Assembly: GCA_051294905.1 (NCBI GenBank)
Contig: CM119384.1
Span: 5,146,001 to 5,210,000, forward strand
Direction: 5' to 3'
DNA from: Botryllus schlosseri
Taxonomy: Eukaryota
Length of the DNA stretch: 64,000 bases
Shown: in pieces, positions 38,601 to 53,600 of the stretch
Layout of the letters: each line of letters begins with the position of its first letter
Numbering within the stretch: position 1 is the stretch's first letter
Program-made: the position numbers and the translations under genes
The notes under the pieces: generated by a model
Told to the model about the DNA's origin: nothing
Seen by the model: the letters and a program-made list of their open reading frames with translations, nothing else
The model's database searches: none

Positions 38601-41600
38601 CACGGTTGGCACCGAATAAATATTTTCCGGAAATTCTAGAATCACGGTTCGCACCAGGAGATACAGTCCCAGTGCCGCTGTCTGTGGATAAGCTGACCCG
38701 CTTCGCGGCGTCTATAGACAGTTTACGGTTTAACACAGCGGTAGGCGACTCTACATCATCATCAACGCTGGAGGTGCTGTGCTCTTTGTGTAGCGAACTT
38801 TGCCTTCTAGATGTCGGTTGCGACATCACAGGAGGCGACATGGCGATTGCGCCTAAACTACCGGATCTACCGGGTCTAGAACCGATGCTGCCGGTTCTCG
38901 AAGGGGGTGTTGGAGTTATCACTGGACTATGCGGACGAGAATTTTTCGGGGATGCGTTTTTGTGTAGAAAGCTCTTAACGATTGGGGTTGTAGGGCTAGC
39001 CGCTGGCTTGCAAGGGCTGTTTTCGTCGCGATTTTCGTAGCGTCGCAACACTACAGGTCCTTCTACCGATGTTGAAGACATAGAAGATGCAGAACAACTG
39101 GAATCGCTGTCAGAATGACTAGACCCGCGTCTGGCCAGCCTGCGTCTCTCTTTCGCAGAGTTAGCACTGTTGCGTCTTATGTTACGCATAAGCGATTCGT
39201 CGCTGTCGCCTCTGATTCTCTCCGATTCGTCGTAATCCAGAAGCCTCATCGATTCGGGCTTAGCGTTTTCGCGCCTCGACTTGTGGTCGTTGTTGTTCAC
39301 AGTTCGTCCCGGGGAATTCTGATTCTTGCCTCCTTTGTACCCACCGCTTTCATCGCCCGCGGTGGTGTTGGGGCGGTTTTTGCTGCGATTCAGCGACCTG
39401 CAAACAACAAGGAACTTCAAGGGACGCTTATGAATCAGTTTACACACACAGGTTGCAAACATCCGAACTTCATCTCTTAAATACATAGTCACGGCGTAAA
39501 CCGAACTCCTTGTGACATTGTGACAATACAAAAGTTCCCTGAACGCAAATACGCAGTTAGCAAACAGAACTTGGACATTAACGGCGCAAAAATACCCCGG
39601 CGAAACACTGTTCGCTAACGCTTTGACAATTTTAACGAGAACTCGGCGCGGTATATGAAGGCGTTGCTGTGAAACTAGTCATGATGTAAAGGAAGTAGCA
39701 CCTGCAGTCTAAATACAACAACAGAAGATATATGCTACTGGGAATGTGTTGAGAACAATTTTGTGATTGAATCGTACAATCTTGACGCCCTATTCGCACG
39801 GTCGAAGCACGAACGGACAGACTTAAATTGGGCAAAGATTGCTGCTTTAGCAGACGCAAGCCAAGTCAAATATCAAAAACCATTCGATCACAGTAATTTG
39901 TTCCTTTTATTCCAGATCTAAGTTATTGAATCGTAAAATCTGTAGCTCCCAATATTGTGACGCCGGTGCCATTCTGCCGTGAACCACGGACTAACGAGTT
40001 CACGCAAGAGTGGAAAATTCGCCCTCACGTTTTGAAATTTTTGCCGACTATCCTCAGTGATTTTCAGGGTAACGTGTGAATAAAGTGACGAAGTTCTTGA
40101 CGAAGACCTCAAGAGCTTATGACATACAGAAGATTTCGTAAAAACGGTGGTGGTCCACCTACAAATAAAGACTCCTAATTTAATTACTGTCTGGGTAATA
40201 ATCGGGCACGGTGCCACAACTATGATGCCATAGGGGTCGCATGACTGGAACGAACAGAGTCGTCAATACACGCAATTGTCGTACACTGTAAATATAGGCG
40301 AGTGACTCTCTGGTACAAACGTTCTTTCACACCTATCCCAATGGGCGAACACGAGTCAAATAAACCAATGAAGATATATATGCCAGGGGTATAAAGCGTA
40401 TAAAGCTGGCACACATAAACATACCCCTGTCATATACCTCCATAAATATTGGAGTATTTGACCCATAGGAATGTATGCGAAAGCATTTGGCACCAAGAGT
40501 GGTCAAGGGTGAAGGCCTGATTTTCACTATGCTAGAAATCAGGTACCTACACCCATTTTCCACCCACATATTTACGGCGTACGGTGTAATGCTGTAGACA
40601 TTGCATGCAGCACGAGGCACGTATAGCAATAAATCATTGCGGCGTGGATTCTGTCGGGCGACGAGACAGGTTGTCATTTATTCTGATGTCACAAATCTAA
40701 CTTTTCTTCAAACAAGCATCTGCATAATCATTTAACGCCGCTACAATTAAAATTACGGCTGTTTTTATTGACGCGACGCCAAAGCCGCACGTAAGGCGCC
40801 TGTCGCTCAAGGGCATCATTCGTAACGACGGGCCAGAGTCGTAAATCGCGGAATTAGCATTTCGAAAAAAAACTAGAACCGAAAATCGCGTATCGTTGGC
40901 GAGATACTACTAACTTATCTGGTTCTAATCCGAAAATTCGGTGATTTCAGAAATATAAATAAAGCACTTGTCTGAGTTGTGACGACACAACGTGAATCCA
41001 AGTGTTATGACACCTAAGGTGTTGATAAATCAATAATTTCCGTTTCAATCCGCGGTAAAGCCGGATCATCTCAATTTGCTTTCATACCGCCATACATAGT
41101 ATCGCAACGCCAAAGCAACACAACTATCCGAAATGGGTCAATTACTACAAAACCGGAAGTCGACCAGTAGACGTCTCCAGCATAGGAGCGACAATGGAAC
41201 GGAAGATGGATGAGTAATCGAATATAATCATCTAGATTCGGTAAAATGCTATATTTGTATTCTAAACCTCCGGAGATATAAACATGAAAATACTTTCCAC
41301 TTGTAACTGCAGCGCAAATTTGAAAACACGTTCAACAGGACAGTACAGTACAGTAAGGTAGCCATGTTATTTTGTCAGATATGGTATTGCAAAACAGCAC
41401 ATGCGTTCATTAGCTGCACGCAAACTTGAATTGTAGTGAGTCGCTATCGAACTCTAGCACCTATCTTTGTGCGGAAGTATTTACAATGTTACCTCAAAAC
41501 AACGAGTAAGCCGCACAGTGTGACACAGCTCTTTTTCTGCTTCTTGCATTGGCACTGCGTCCGTTCGGAACAGCTCGAAGTCGACCGGGAAAGCTGTGCC

Positions 41601-44600
41601 ATTTCAAAGTCACTCTGAGAGTATATCTCGCCCGCATCGTGTACCGGAGTGAACGGAACTTTCGACTTCATTACAGTATTATTTCCACACTATTATCAGT
41701 ATTCCAAATACATCTTGTTTGCACTTACGATGGCTATTGCTGATATAGATTAAACATACAATTATGTACACACCATCACTCGCCCATCTATAACCCTTCA
41801 AAAATTGCCGTAAAACGTAGACTTCGATATAATTTATACCTTTGAACCTGCAAAATCTGCTTTATTACCGAACGCGAACTGCATTTTTGCGGTAACCGCG
41901 AAGTTATCCATCATATAGGGAAATATTTTAAAACGATTCATTATTGCGGCGTCTATATATAATCTTAACTTGAAAGTCTCCTGGTTCCGGTAAGGATTTA
42001 CCGCAGTTAGTATAACTATTTCCAGCAATAACTATATATCCCTTATAATATAAGCTACTTTAAAGCGGAAAATAAGGACGATTCTGACTGATTTACGAGA
42101 CTTTCAATCGGCTAATTGTCAATTCTAGATTGTAATCTACGACTAACTAAACTGTAGGTTATTCCGTCAAGTATTTAGGCGCTAGCGGACTACGGGCTCG
42201 CTAATTTCTGCCACTTGTCTGAGGTCTCACTGCTCACAATAATGTAGCACAATTCCCAATATATCCGCTATCGGTTCGAGTCCTCTTGTGCCAACAATGT
42301 ACACAACGCGAGTGCGTCAGACGTCTGTCCGAATTTCCATAAAGAGCGAAGTTGTTGAGTGCGAAGAGTAGCGACCGCCCCGAGAGAATAAAGACTTTTA
42401 AGCCCGTATTGAGATGATTTGAACCGGCCTTTTCTCGGATCGGCGATGCGAGAAATGAATAAGGTGCAACAGCATAAATTATAGAGGACGCCTTATAATC
42501 AACTTAGATGTTTATACGAGATTACGCCGGCGAAATGGTTATCGAAAATGCCAAAACACATATGCCAGCTCGCGTAGACGGGTGACGAAAGCGAAGACTT
42601 GTTGAAATTTTAATGAACCATTGAATGATGGTGTGATAATGCGAAAGCCTCGGAATGACGGGAATTTAAGAACGGATGGGACGAATTAGTGCAAATGACG
42701 ATATTACAATAAGCATTGCTCGCAGTAATAATCACGGATTAAACAAATCTAAATAAGTTCATCAGCTGGACCTGGACTAACGCTATATGCTTTCACAAAG
42801 GATTACAAGGTATGAAGTCAGCGACCAATACTGCTATCCAGGGGACGATACCTTGGATATGCCCCATTCATGCCTAATTATATGCATAACATCTGAGAAT
42901 GGTGTATGGATGCACAAATGCACATTGCAACATGCACAAATTGCACATTTTTGTACGCTTTACATGTTACAGGAACACAGACAGCCCGTTCTAACTGCCT
43001 GAAATTCGATCTGAATTTACCGTCTATCTGCATTTTGCAATCTCGACATCTAGTTGGCCTTCAATCAAGGATAAAATAATCCACACGCCTACATTCTAGG
43101 AAAGATTTAGCTGCCTATTCGCGATCATCATAGGGTCGATACAAACCCGGGCGCCGACCCCGTGCGATGTATCCACAGTGCTGATCGATAAAACACTGTT
43201 TGAACAGCAAGGACAGCACCCACTTCAAGCTTGTACATCACCACCAATTACCGAATTACTTCGCCTTTCCATCATGATCTCCCGCTAATAAGATTAGTCT
43301 TCTAAAGGCTCACAGACACCGTTTACGGCAAAACTTCCCACGGATTTGATCCGGCAATATGTTTCGTTAGCTCAACCAAAACAAGACACCGCTCGAACCT
43401 GTTACTTTGCGCTGATAAGCGATGCCTTACGCGACATTCGATGCTGACTGCTTAACTGAGGCGGCGAAGAAGAAACTATACACAAACATCATATTGCAAC
43501 AGCCTGTATTCTACCTGGTACATAATACCTTAAAATCTGATAGGTGTACTATGTCACCGGGTTATCGGATTCCTTTCTGTCGGGTTAGCGAATGTGTCGA
43601 ACAATATCTACTATCTCTGCACTCGTATATAATGACTTCTGTAGCGAGAGAGACACTTCTTCGTAATACGATCTCAACGGGAGTGCGGAAACATTATCTC
43701 CCGGCAGAGAGTGCACCATTTGCTCGGGTTATCGGCCATTGTCTGCGGGTTCGATAAGTTACACTATCGTTTTCCAATTAACGCATTGATTTTAGTTTAC
43801 GATGGTTTTGTCGACGGATTAAATCTGCGAATTCGCCGTACTCCCGTTGTCCTATGAAGAGTTTGAAGATTGTTTACCGGCGAGTGGATAAGGACAGTGC
43901 GCTGATACGGTACCGTGCTGATTTACATGCTCGGAGATAACCCTTTTCCGCCGCACCGCGTTAAATACCGGCACCGGCAGTGTAAACAGAACGGTTGTAA
44001 GACATGTTTCTTCACGCTGTTTGAAGAATGTGTGCTGATAAGCTCATTCGACAGATCATAATTTCACAGACAATCAAAAGTTCATGCTAATTTACGGGCC
44101 AGTGTCTCTCTGGAGCATAGATTGCAGGAATAGCATTCGTGCTCTTGTCCTGCTTAAACTGGTTGGTTTCATTAATGTTCATGTTCAGGTATCCAGTGAA
44201 CGCACATAGCCCATTAAGAAAAGTTATTTAACTAAAAAGATTTCTAAAAAAGTTAATTCGGCATGCGTGAATGCTTTTCGATTGTAAAAGCACCCGCCAA
44301 CATTAGAACATCCGCAAATACCCTTGTCGTTTCAAGATATCGTTACAAAAATCTACGCACTAGTGCAGCAGTTATTTACATATAGATTTCGCCAGATATT
44401 TGCGTTGAGATCATCGGTTATCATGTTCCAATGCCTAACCTAGAACAGTAAATATCGCAATATATTTTATATTCCTGATGTTGTCATCCTTTACGAAACC
44501 TTTCGCTTGATTCACTAAAAATTGAAAGACGCCTGAAATAGCGCTCTTCTTGCAACAAAAACAGAAAACAAGCCTTGCTATAAAGTACCATCGAGGTTAC

Positions 44601-47600
44601 CGTCTCCACAACTGCAGTGATAACACAAGTCTCATGCAATGTCAACTGAGCGCCAGTAAATTCCTGGCGTTGAATCATTCCGCAAAGTGCGCGGTGCAAG
44701 CTCCGAACCTTGCAATTACATTCGCATACCGATACCCAGTCTGAAAGAGCCCTTTTCAAACGCCTGCTTCAGACTTTATACTCACTTATCATAATCCTTG
44801 ATTTTGCTCACTCTAACAAAAGCTTGATATGCGCTCTATTGCCCAACAATAAAATTCAACACACCGAGAATATCGTCGACTCGAACTCGTCGGCGCCGTA
44901 TACCAGGAGACGACATCGAAATCTCTGTACGATTTGTTTGTTACATATCAATATCGGGTTACTTTTGTCAGAAGTCTGACATCTGCGGTCCGCAAATGTC
45001 GGGGTGCGAAGATGGATTGTACCCGGACAAAAATCACGTGCCACTCGCGATACGATTTCACGCATAATATAGATTCGGGGTTATTGTAGGATTTGCCAAC
45101 GGATCTTATTTTACGTATTATTCAAAATTTTCTGATGTAAATAAAGAGGAATCGCGAATATACGAGATGGTGTTGGTCATAGAGTGAAACTTGCGATGTA
45201 TTTGCTTTAGTAACGACACACACAATTAACACAGTTTACTGTACGCAGCATTTTGCTCAACCCATTGGGGAAGGCCGACTTCGGAACTCGAAACGAATTC
45301 GGGTTGAATATTGAATGGTTTGTCTTCTAGCATGAAATCGAGAAAGAATTTCGTCTCGAGGTGTTGAATTCGAATTTGATTATTGATGAACGAGTTTTGA
45401 CCGCATGATATTTCAAGCCCATAAGAAAACATGCACAGAAATATTACGGGCATTTATGACAAAATTTAGTAGAGGCATACCTTCCAACCAATTTGTAACC
45501 AAACGAAAGTTACATGTAATTTCCTCGTCATATATAGATCCATATTTAGGACTGTGTTTACTATACCTCTACAATTCCTTGAACATGATAAATGTTATTG
45601 GAAATCTCGCATATACATAATCTACATAAATATCTAATTGTGACTTCAGTCTGTAGATACTACTGTGTCATTCGCAAAGACAGGAAAACACCCCAAAATA
45701 GAACAAAAATAACAAAATCACGACTACATCTGATCCGATAAAACACGTATGGTATGGGTGAGAGGTATATTTAGGCAAAATCAGTCGATCGAGGCAACGC
45801 GCATTCCACCTCGAAGGGCTTTACAGTGACAAATACCCCATCCCTCTCTTGACCGAAGTCAGGTAAATTATTCCGTATCATCACGACCACTGCGAAACTA
45901 CCCGCACGACGGCGAGATTTTGATGACTCCATCAAAGGCCGATTTGAAGAGTAACATCGTGGGAAGATGAATAGCCTCCCATTCAACCCAGGAAAATTGT
46001 CACACAAAATACCGCGAGTCGTAAACAGTGATCCTAATAGTCGTGGACAGCGCACGCTTGGCTAGCAGTGAATAATGCGTAACACATTATATATTTAGTG
46101 GCGATTATTAGAGATCGCGCCGATAACCGTCAGGCTTTTTATGCGAAAGGCGATAATTTTGTTTGTGTAAATACGATCAGTGGAACACGAATGACTATAG
46201 TTGGTCAAATAAACGAACAAAACGAATTTCCTGACTCAGTGGGCGTGAGTCAAAATTTCGATCTGTGATGGAGGTGTTTGGGCCGTTTTCACACGAAATG
46301 TATTAGCGTTGAATCTTACGATGGCGCTAATGTGCTTTGGAAACAACATTTTCATGTATAAGCCTTCTAAAACAGACTCTGCGAATAGCTGTAACGACAT
46401 TTCGCAATGTTCGACGCTATTTTTGCACATCGAGTCCTGAAATAGCTTTGTCACGGGAAATCTAAAACTGCAAAATCTGGTATTGAAGGGTACATTTCAT
46501 CGAAAATAAGTTCAACGCGTGCTGAAAGGTACCTGATTCAAACCTGTTATTCAAAGAGCAAGAATATATTTTTAATGATATTATGGCCTAGCCATTTATA
46601 TTGATCAACATTCCCCCTAATGCTGCTGGTCTCAATAATAATTAATCTTACTAGCCATGATTATCACTGCGAAGATTATCTGAAAGCATTCAAAATGAAA
46701 AAGAAAATAGCTTTCAAAATTTCTGAATAAGAAATGCATAGCGTCGACTAATAATGAGCACCCCCAATGCAGTGAATGACAGAATATCCCCGATATTAAA
46801 CATCCGGTTCAGGCCGATGACAGACGAAAGCATAATGGGAAATTGAACCACAGGTGTAGCGTTTCGCGCTTCATCGGAAAACGTAGATTACGGGCAAGTA
46901 AGCGTTTCGTCCGACATGCATCGGCTGGACAGAGATTGATAAAGTTTTACCTCTAACGCAGCTATCGACAACATTGAAATCAGAGACGAGTTTTTCATAT
47001 ACGAAGTCCTACAAACACCAATGAATTCAGCGGAACGCCGTCCGCTAGACAGATAGATGCGTGATTACTGATTCGTTAAATATTCCAAGACTTCGGGTAC
47101 CGACTAATTCCTTTACTGGCGATTTGACAATACATTGACAGATACACGATTCCAGCGCTTATCGATACATAGCGTGGGGATTAGTGTCTCCATTGGTCGT
47201 GTGAGTAACGTTGTTGCACGGCAATGACTATAATCCGCGAAATGATACATCACGCTGGCAATGATTTGATTGTGTTACTTATGGACAAGAAATTTGAGAT
47301 GCCCCGACGGACGGTGACTCATTCCAACCGGGGATTAGAAAATATTCTGTTGGACGTAACGTAGTTGCACGACTTTCACACGTATCGGCTCAACTTACAC
47401 AGTATGTATGCGTCTGACACTCGCTAACGACGAATTACTGAAATCAACGGTACCAATAAATGGAGCTCCAAGTATAATGACGCATGAATGAGAGAGATGG
47501 AGAGCAAACAAAACGATATAAAATTCAAGGAACTGATAAGAAATTATCTGTTACGGTGTAGAAAGTCCCGCGGCCGATAACCGACACACACAGATGTCTC

Positions 47601-50600
47601 TCATAATAATTAGGAGGACAAAAGGAGCTCGTGTACCACCTAAAAATAGTACATTGAACGCTCTCTCATTCGAAATTTTATGCTGGTGACGTCATATTTT
47701 GTGATACGATTGTTGTTGATACAATGTTCTTTCCAATTCTCTACTAGTTGCTGACGATTACCCCCGACGAGTGTCAGCCGAAAATATTCGGGTTCATTTC
47801 AATATGAATGTAATGTTCAATTGAAGTTCTGTAGCCTGCCTCCAAGAAGTTCTTCTAATAATAATAATGATCATACGAACACGACGCTCTAGCGCCATCT
47901 CGCGGGTCCTGATCATACTCTGATCAGGAAACTGTACGAAATCATTTCAGAAGGTTATGGCGGGTTTTTGCGAATTATTTACAACACAATGACTACAAAA
48001 CTTCCCAATACTGTAAATCTGTCCACAATGTCAAGTATCAAGCTGTCAATTACCAGCTATTCACCGACGTGAATCGACCGAGGAGGATACTCGATACCGC
48101 ATAGTAATGATGATGGTTCGTTGATGACAGCATGGCATCCAATGGAAACCAAAAGTCGCGTGCCACTCTCATAAATTCACAAGTAGAACATGCTTCGCAT
48201 GCTTTCTGTCACGGTGAAAACCAGACACCGTACAAACCTCGCCAAATGTACACATTCTAAGGGATAATCCTCTCATATTGTAATACGACACGGCTCATTT
48301 GTTGCCATCGCTCCAGTGTCATTTTATACGACCCGTGCGGACCCGCAAAAGCCGCAACCAAAATCGCAGCAGGTGTCTAAGGAGCCGGAATCGACCATAA
48401 ATGGGCTTAAAGCCTACAGTTAAGAATACATTTGGAAATAATTTTTGCCTTATTTGTTGTAGCAGCCTATTTACGCTCAACGATAGGAAATTACCGACAA
48501 GCAGAAATTCATTATACATTTTCATTATGCCACAAAGAGATGAACATTTGAAATTAGTTCAAAATCTGATTTTACTCTGGCAAAAAAGGCATTTTGTACC
48601 TAAAACGCGCAATGACACTTCAAAATATATATTGCATATCCGAGATGCCAGGTTAACGAATATCTTTTGTCAATGTAATTTTGTACACAGTAAGCGTTTG
48701 CATATTTCGGTGGATTTTGTTTGTCCTTCTTATTATCTCACATGAAGTTGATCTACGACGTACCAGACCAAGCTAACTTGGCAACCCATTTTCCGACCGA
48801 GGTGGACTCCAGCATTCCTAACTAAGTGCTTGTGGTTAATCTAGGCACCTCCTCGCCATTTCATCCGTGTAAGCGGTGTCTTGTAAATGCCTAGAAGTGG
48901 GCCGTGCTATACAAGTCGGCAGCTACGGAACAAAAATGAGGAAAATTGGCCTGGTGTAAATGACCATATGAGCCGACAAACACCATGAATACGTCAAAAC
49001 ACACAAACCTTTCAAAATTAGCACTTCTTCGCGGGCGCACAAAATATCCCTACGACCACAGTTTGCACGACCCTGGGTCTACCATTTAAGCTTACGGGCG
49101 CAAAACTGTATTCAACAATAGGGCCCCAACGACAAAACCTACCGATTTCATCCAACTTGAATTAGCATATGATTTTTCCTTTTTTATTTCGATTCACATT
49201 ACCCGTGTGTACCCTCATGTTGACTATTTTACACTTTCACACTAGTTGTAAATGTGTCTTAAAACTACATAGATGTTATTGCCTATTGCACTCCGAAACG
49301 GGCGTTTGAGTTACAGATTTCAATAAGCGGTGTGGCATCTTCGGGTCTTATCACATAATCGCATTCTTACGATGTTTGGAAATGAGATAATTATGAAAAA
49401 GAATGAACTAAGGAATATGTTATGCAACCCCACCCCACACGGTCGTGGCATGACAAGAAAAAAATCGCCAGTTTCAAATATCGTACAAAGGTGATATGGT
49501 AACGACAATCTGAGCACGATGTACTGGCATGGCAGTTCACTAACCACAGATGACGATTGGCGTCGATCCTGAGTAATAGCACTTAGTATCAATTGGGAAA
49601 ATTCATGCAACTACTTCGAGCAATATCTGCCGGGCGGCTTTGCGGTTCTATATCAGATGAATGTTCGCGATCAAGATTACAGTTGAGAACATGCCAAAAG
49701 CGAGCACTTGGTTGATTCGATCACGAGTTGCATATTCGACAGACTATACCAAGAGTGTGGCATCATTCATTGTAATTTTGAACCATTTAAATTAAGACAA
49801 GGAAGTTAACGTCCACACACACGCAATGAATAAGCAACTTATGAATATGATATCAAGCGCTTTGTACTCCATGAACGGCGATAACTTTAAGTCGCGGGAT
49901 GATAAAGTTCCTCGCCAAGGTTACTCCGAGAGGCCTTGCAGTTCTGCGATACGTTCTCCCAAGATATACTTCAAATCCAAATAACTCTATAATCCTCGTT
50001 GAGAAACATATTTTAGCTACAAAAGAGGTGATATCGGTGCTGGAAAGAATCGAAGAAATCGGCACATAGTTGGCAAATGTAGCGATTCCAAGACGTATGT
50101 CAAGGGGAAGTAGAATACGCGAAGTATGACAAGTAGCCTGCTCAAATAATAATTAGTTCGAAAGAGCAGATTTAGTAGAGGGTTCGCATAATCTGTTGTA
50201 TTTGGTCAGTGGTGGCTACTTTAAAATTACGAGATGCATCTTCGAGCGTAACGCAAAACGAATAGCGACTACGCGGTTATATGCCTCCTTTTTTCGTAAA
50301 TCCAAAAAATGTCCTCCGAGAACGCCTAAATGTCCTATTTTTTTGAAATTCGGCCTCCTTTATAGCTCGGACAGCCGCCAGGCTTTTGGACAGGCTGAAC
50401 CAAAAACGCCACAAATGACACGAGATCTGTAATGCGAACGTTAGCGCGGGGCATTCGAGGTTAGGACCGGAAACCTGACATTTTATTTCTATTTTTTAGT
50501 CAACACCTCAGCAGTAACGTAGAAAAGTGGGTTATTCGGGAGTTGAGTCGAAAAGATGACCTGATTTTCAGTACAGATTTTAGAATCAGCAGTTTTCTAG

Positions 50601-53600
50601 CTCAGAAATCTTTCATGATTATTCCGTAACTATGGTGACCAGAAATTAGTGACACTACAAACAGATACAATAGCCGGAAATATGTTCAGAAGTTATACGG
50701 TTCTTATCACGATTTCATATATAAAAGTGAAGCAATCTCATTCTAAACTATCTCCCCCCCCCCCCCCCTTCAAAACCAAAAGTGTAAAGTCAGTAATTTT
50801 GTTTAAATCCTGTCTAAGTAAAAGTAGAAGTATCTACAACAGATTTGCCAATTCACACATACCACTTGAGTAGGTGGTGCAAGAAGGTAAAATCTACTTG
50901 GGCACTTCGAAAAAGTAGAAACACTTCGTTACTTAACACCGGTAGAAATCAGCTATCATTACCAGACTCGAATCGTTTAATTTAATATTCGATTTGGATT
51001 CGTGTTAGCTACTCGGATTGTAGTGCCCAGCAGTCCAACCAATAAGGAAATAGGACTAAAACTCACGACTTATCCGCGTCCTGGCTTGCATTGCCGTCGC
51101 CCGAGAGGTCAAACATCTTCGCTCTGTTCCTAACAGTGCTGGGGAGCGTTGCGGCGGATCTGCTCGTGAACGAGTTCGCTTTCTTTCGGATATCTCCCGG
51201 ATGCTCTTCCCTGATCCTCAAGTTGACAGGTTTCGGTTTCAGAGGTTTTGGTTTGGTCGGGGTCGGAGGGCGGTCGCCGTCCCTGTTTGGCGATAGTCGC
51301 CTATGGTTTTCCGGCGGGCGTTTGTCGTGGACGTTATTTTCTCCGCATTTCGAAGACGTGCTGTTTCCTCGCGACTTCGGAGACCAGCTGGGAGGCGGTG
51401 GGATAGCGCTAGTGTCTGGAAATAAGAGTTGGGGGATGTATGTTTGGACAAATTGTGGAATGATGTCTGTAACTGTGAGAACGGCGCGTTTGGAATACGC
51501 AAAACTCCAAAAAATCATACACATATATGAAAAAGGTTTCTCGTGACCTTCTCCAACCTATAATTCTCTCACAATCCGGGGAGCTACCTGAGAGATTGAA
51601 TTAAACTTTTAAAATTTCAGTAATAAACTCAATTTGTTTCACAACGTTCTTGCCAGTTCTTTACCAGTTGCTGACGATTACCCCTGACGAGCGTCAGCCG
51701 AAAATATTCGGGTTTATATCAATGCGAATATATGATTCAATGGTATATTGAGGTTCTGTTCGTCCAAGTGTCTCTTATTCCAAATTATACTAATTGTTCC
51801 ATGAAGAGGTTAAATCACAGAATTGCAGTGGTTGAAGAATTGGCCAGGGTGTTAGAGGTAGAGATAATTAAAAGTGAAAAATCGAAATCAGAGAGGTTGT
51901 CCTGAGATTTTGAGTGTGAATTAGTCTAATGCTGTATTCAAAGTCTCCTGAAGAATTATTATTATCATTATTAACCATAGAGATACGACTACATACAGGC
52001 AACTCATTGCCGTTAGTCTGGAACAAAATACTATACGGTACTCCCCACCGCTACCGGTAGATTGTGACTGTGAAAGAATATATGGATAGCATGACAGAAT
52101 TCCACTAAAATCCGGGGACTGGATGGATCACAGGTCAGTAGCGGATTGCTGCTCGGTATCATAATCGGGTAAAGGTTGCTGGGTGTTTCAAATCTTACTT
52201 TTAAGAGTGTCATCTATAACCTTTTACCTCTCATTATTCGGTGTTGGTTGAAATGGCTGATTCAGTTTTCGAGACACTTAGCTCAGCACAATATGCTGTA
52301 CTCCAGTAAACTTCATCGATTGCTAACAACGATTGCATAATGAGAGGGGTGGTAACGATAAAGAATATATATTGCTTTTGTAAACATATATCTATTCTGC
52401 ACTGCGCTAGCTATTTCCCTGGCTACTTCAAAATTCGTCCTATACTTCACGTCCATAATGCCTCAAAACTCTTTGGAAATCACAGCTTCAGTATATGTAC
52501 GTCGACTGTAACAGCGGTAACTACTTCGTGCGTGTAAACATCACATAGCGCAAAAAATATCGAACCTCATCGTGAGTGTATAGCTGCATACTGCTTAGCA
52601 TATAGTCCTACTCTCTGTCATAACATAGCGAAATATTTTCCCTGCCATACGCACATGCACTATGCAGTGCCAACCTGTGTGATCTAACGCTCAATTGATG
52701 ATCTTGCACTTTTCCAGCGCATTCAATGCATTTCCTGTCAGTAAGCATTCGATGTTCTCCCAGTTCTGTAGAATCGGCCACACAATGAGTGGTACAATCT
52801 ATAGATTTAAATAACTTTAACGCGCAGCGATGACTATACCCACAAAGGCTTGCAGCAATGGCAGAGAATACCGTGCGCACGCGCCTCTGATTCATAGGAA
52901 GCAGACCACCTCTGTGGGTCGCAGTTCATTATCCTACTCCAAAGGATCGCATCGTTGCAAAATGTATGTCTACTGTGATTGCAATTATTCTTGATTAACC
53001 GACTGTCGTCTCCGCTGAAATCTAAACTGGCAAGGTCACTTCCCTGAGATAAATACTATCGATATTTAGGAGAGAAAGATAGGGACTGGACACTGGAAAC
53101 TGATCGAATCTGGATAATGATATTAAACTACACTGCAATACGAGTAACCAAGAATATTGTCCGCTCATCTCTGTACTAAACTAACCTCCAACTCGATAGC
53201 TGTACTGTCTGACATGCACTAGTAGATCATATACTCCTGCAAACCGCAAAACAAGTGGTTTCCTGCGATAAATTCAACATTGGTCGGACATAAGAATGCT
53301 GAAACGTCTATGCATATTCGCTACGCGTGTCGTCAACATCATATCCGCGTTACGGAGCGCTGTGAATATTCCTAGTATGAGATAGCGTATCGCATGCTAT
53401 GACTGTACTGGTCCTTCCTAGCATGCTCACGACGGATCGGCCCGTGAGTTTGAGAATCATGCAAAACTTTTATTGCTGCCATATATCATGTGAGGAATGC
53501 CTGTACATAATGTACACAAGACACACCTTGTATCATTCGAACTATATGCTTTTGCAGTTCGTTGCAAGAACGAGAACAGAACAAAAAATGTTTTCGATAA

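Noticed and set aside
38492-39480. Long + strand ORFs (182 aa, 121 aa) opposite the big FGD exon; likewise 51091-51546, 20739-21122, 24686-25171 and 55773-55973
   Set aside because: Antisense shadows of GC-rich Ser/Pro-coding exons. The minus frame has the splice sites and fits the gene model.
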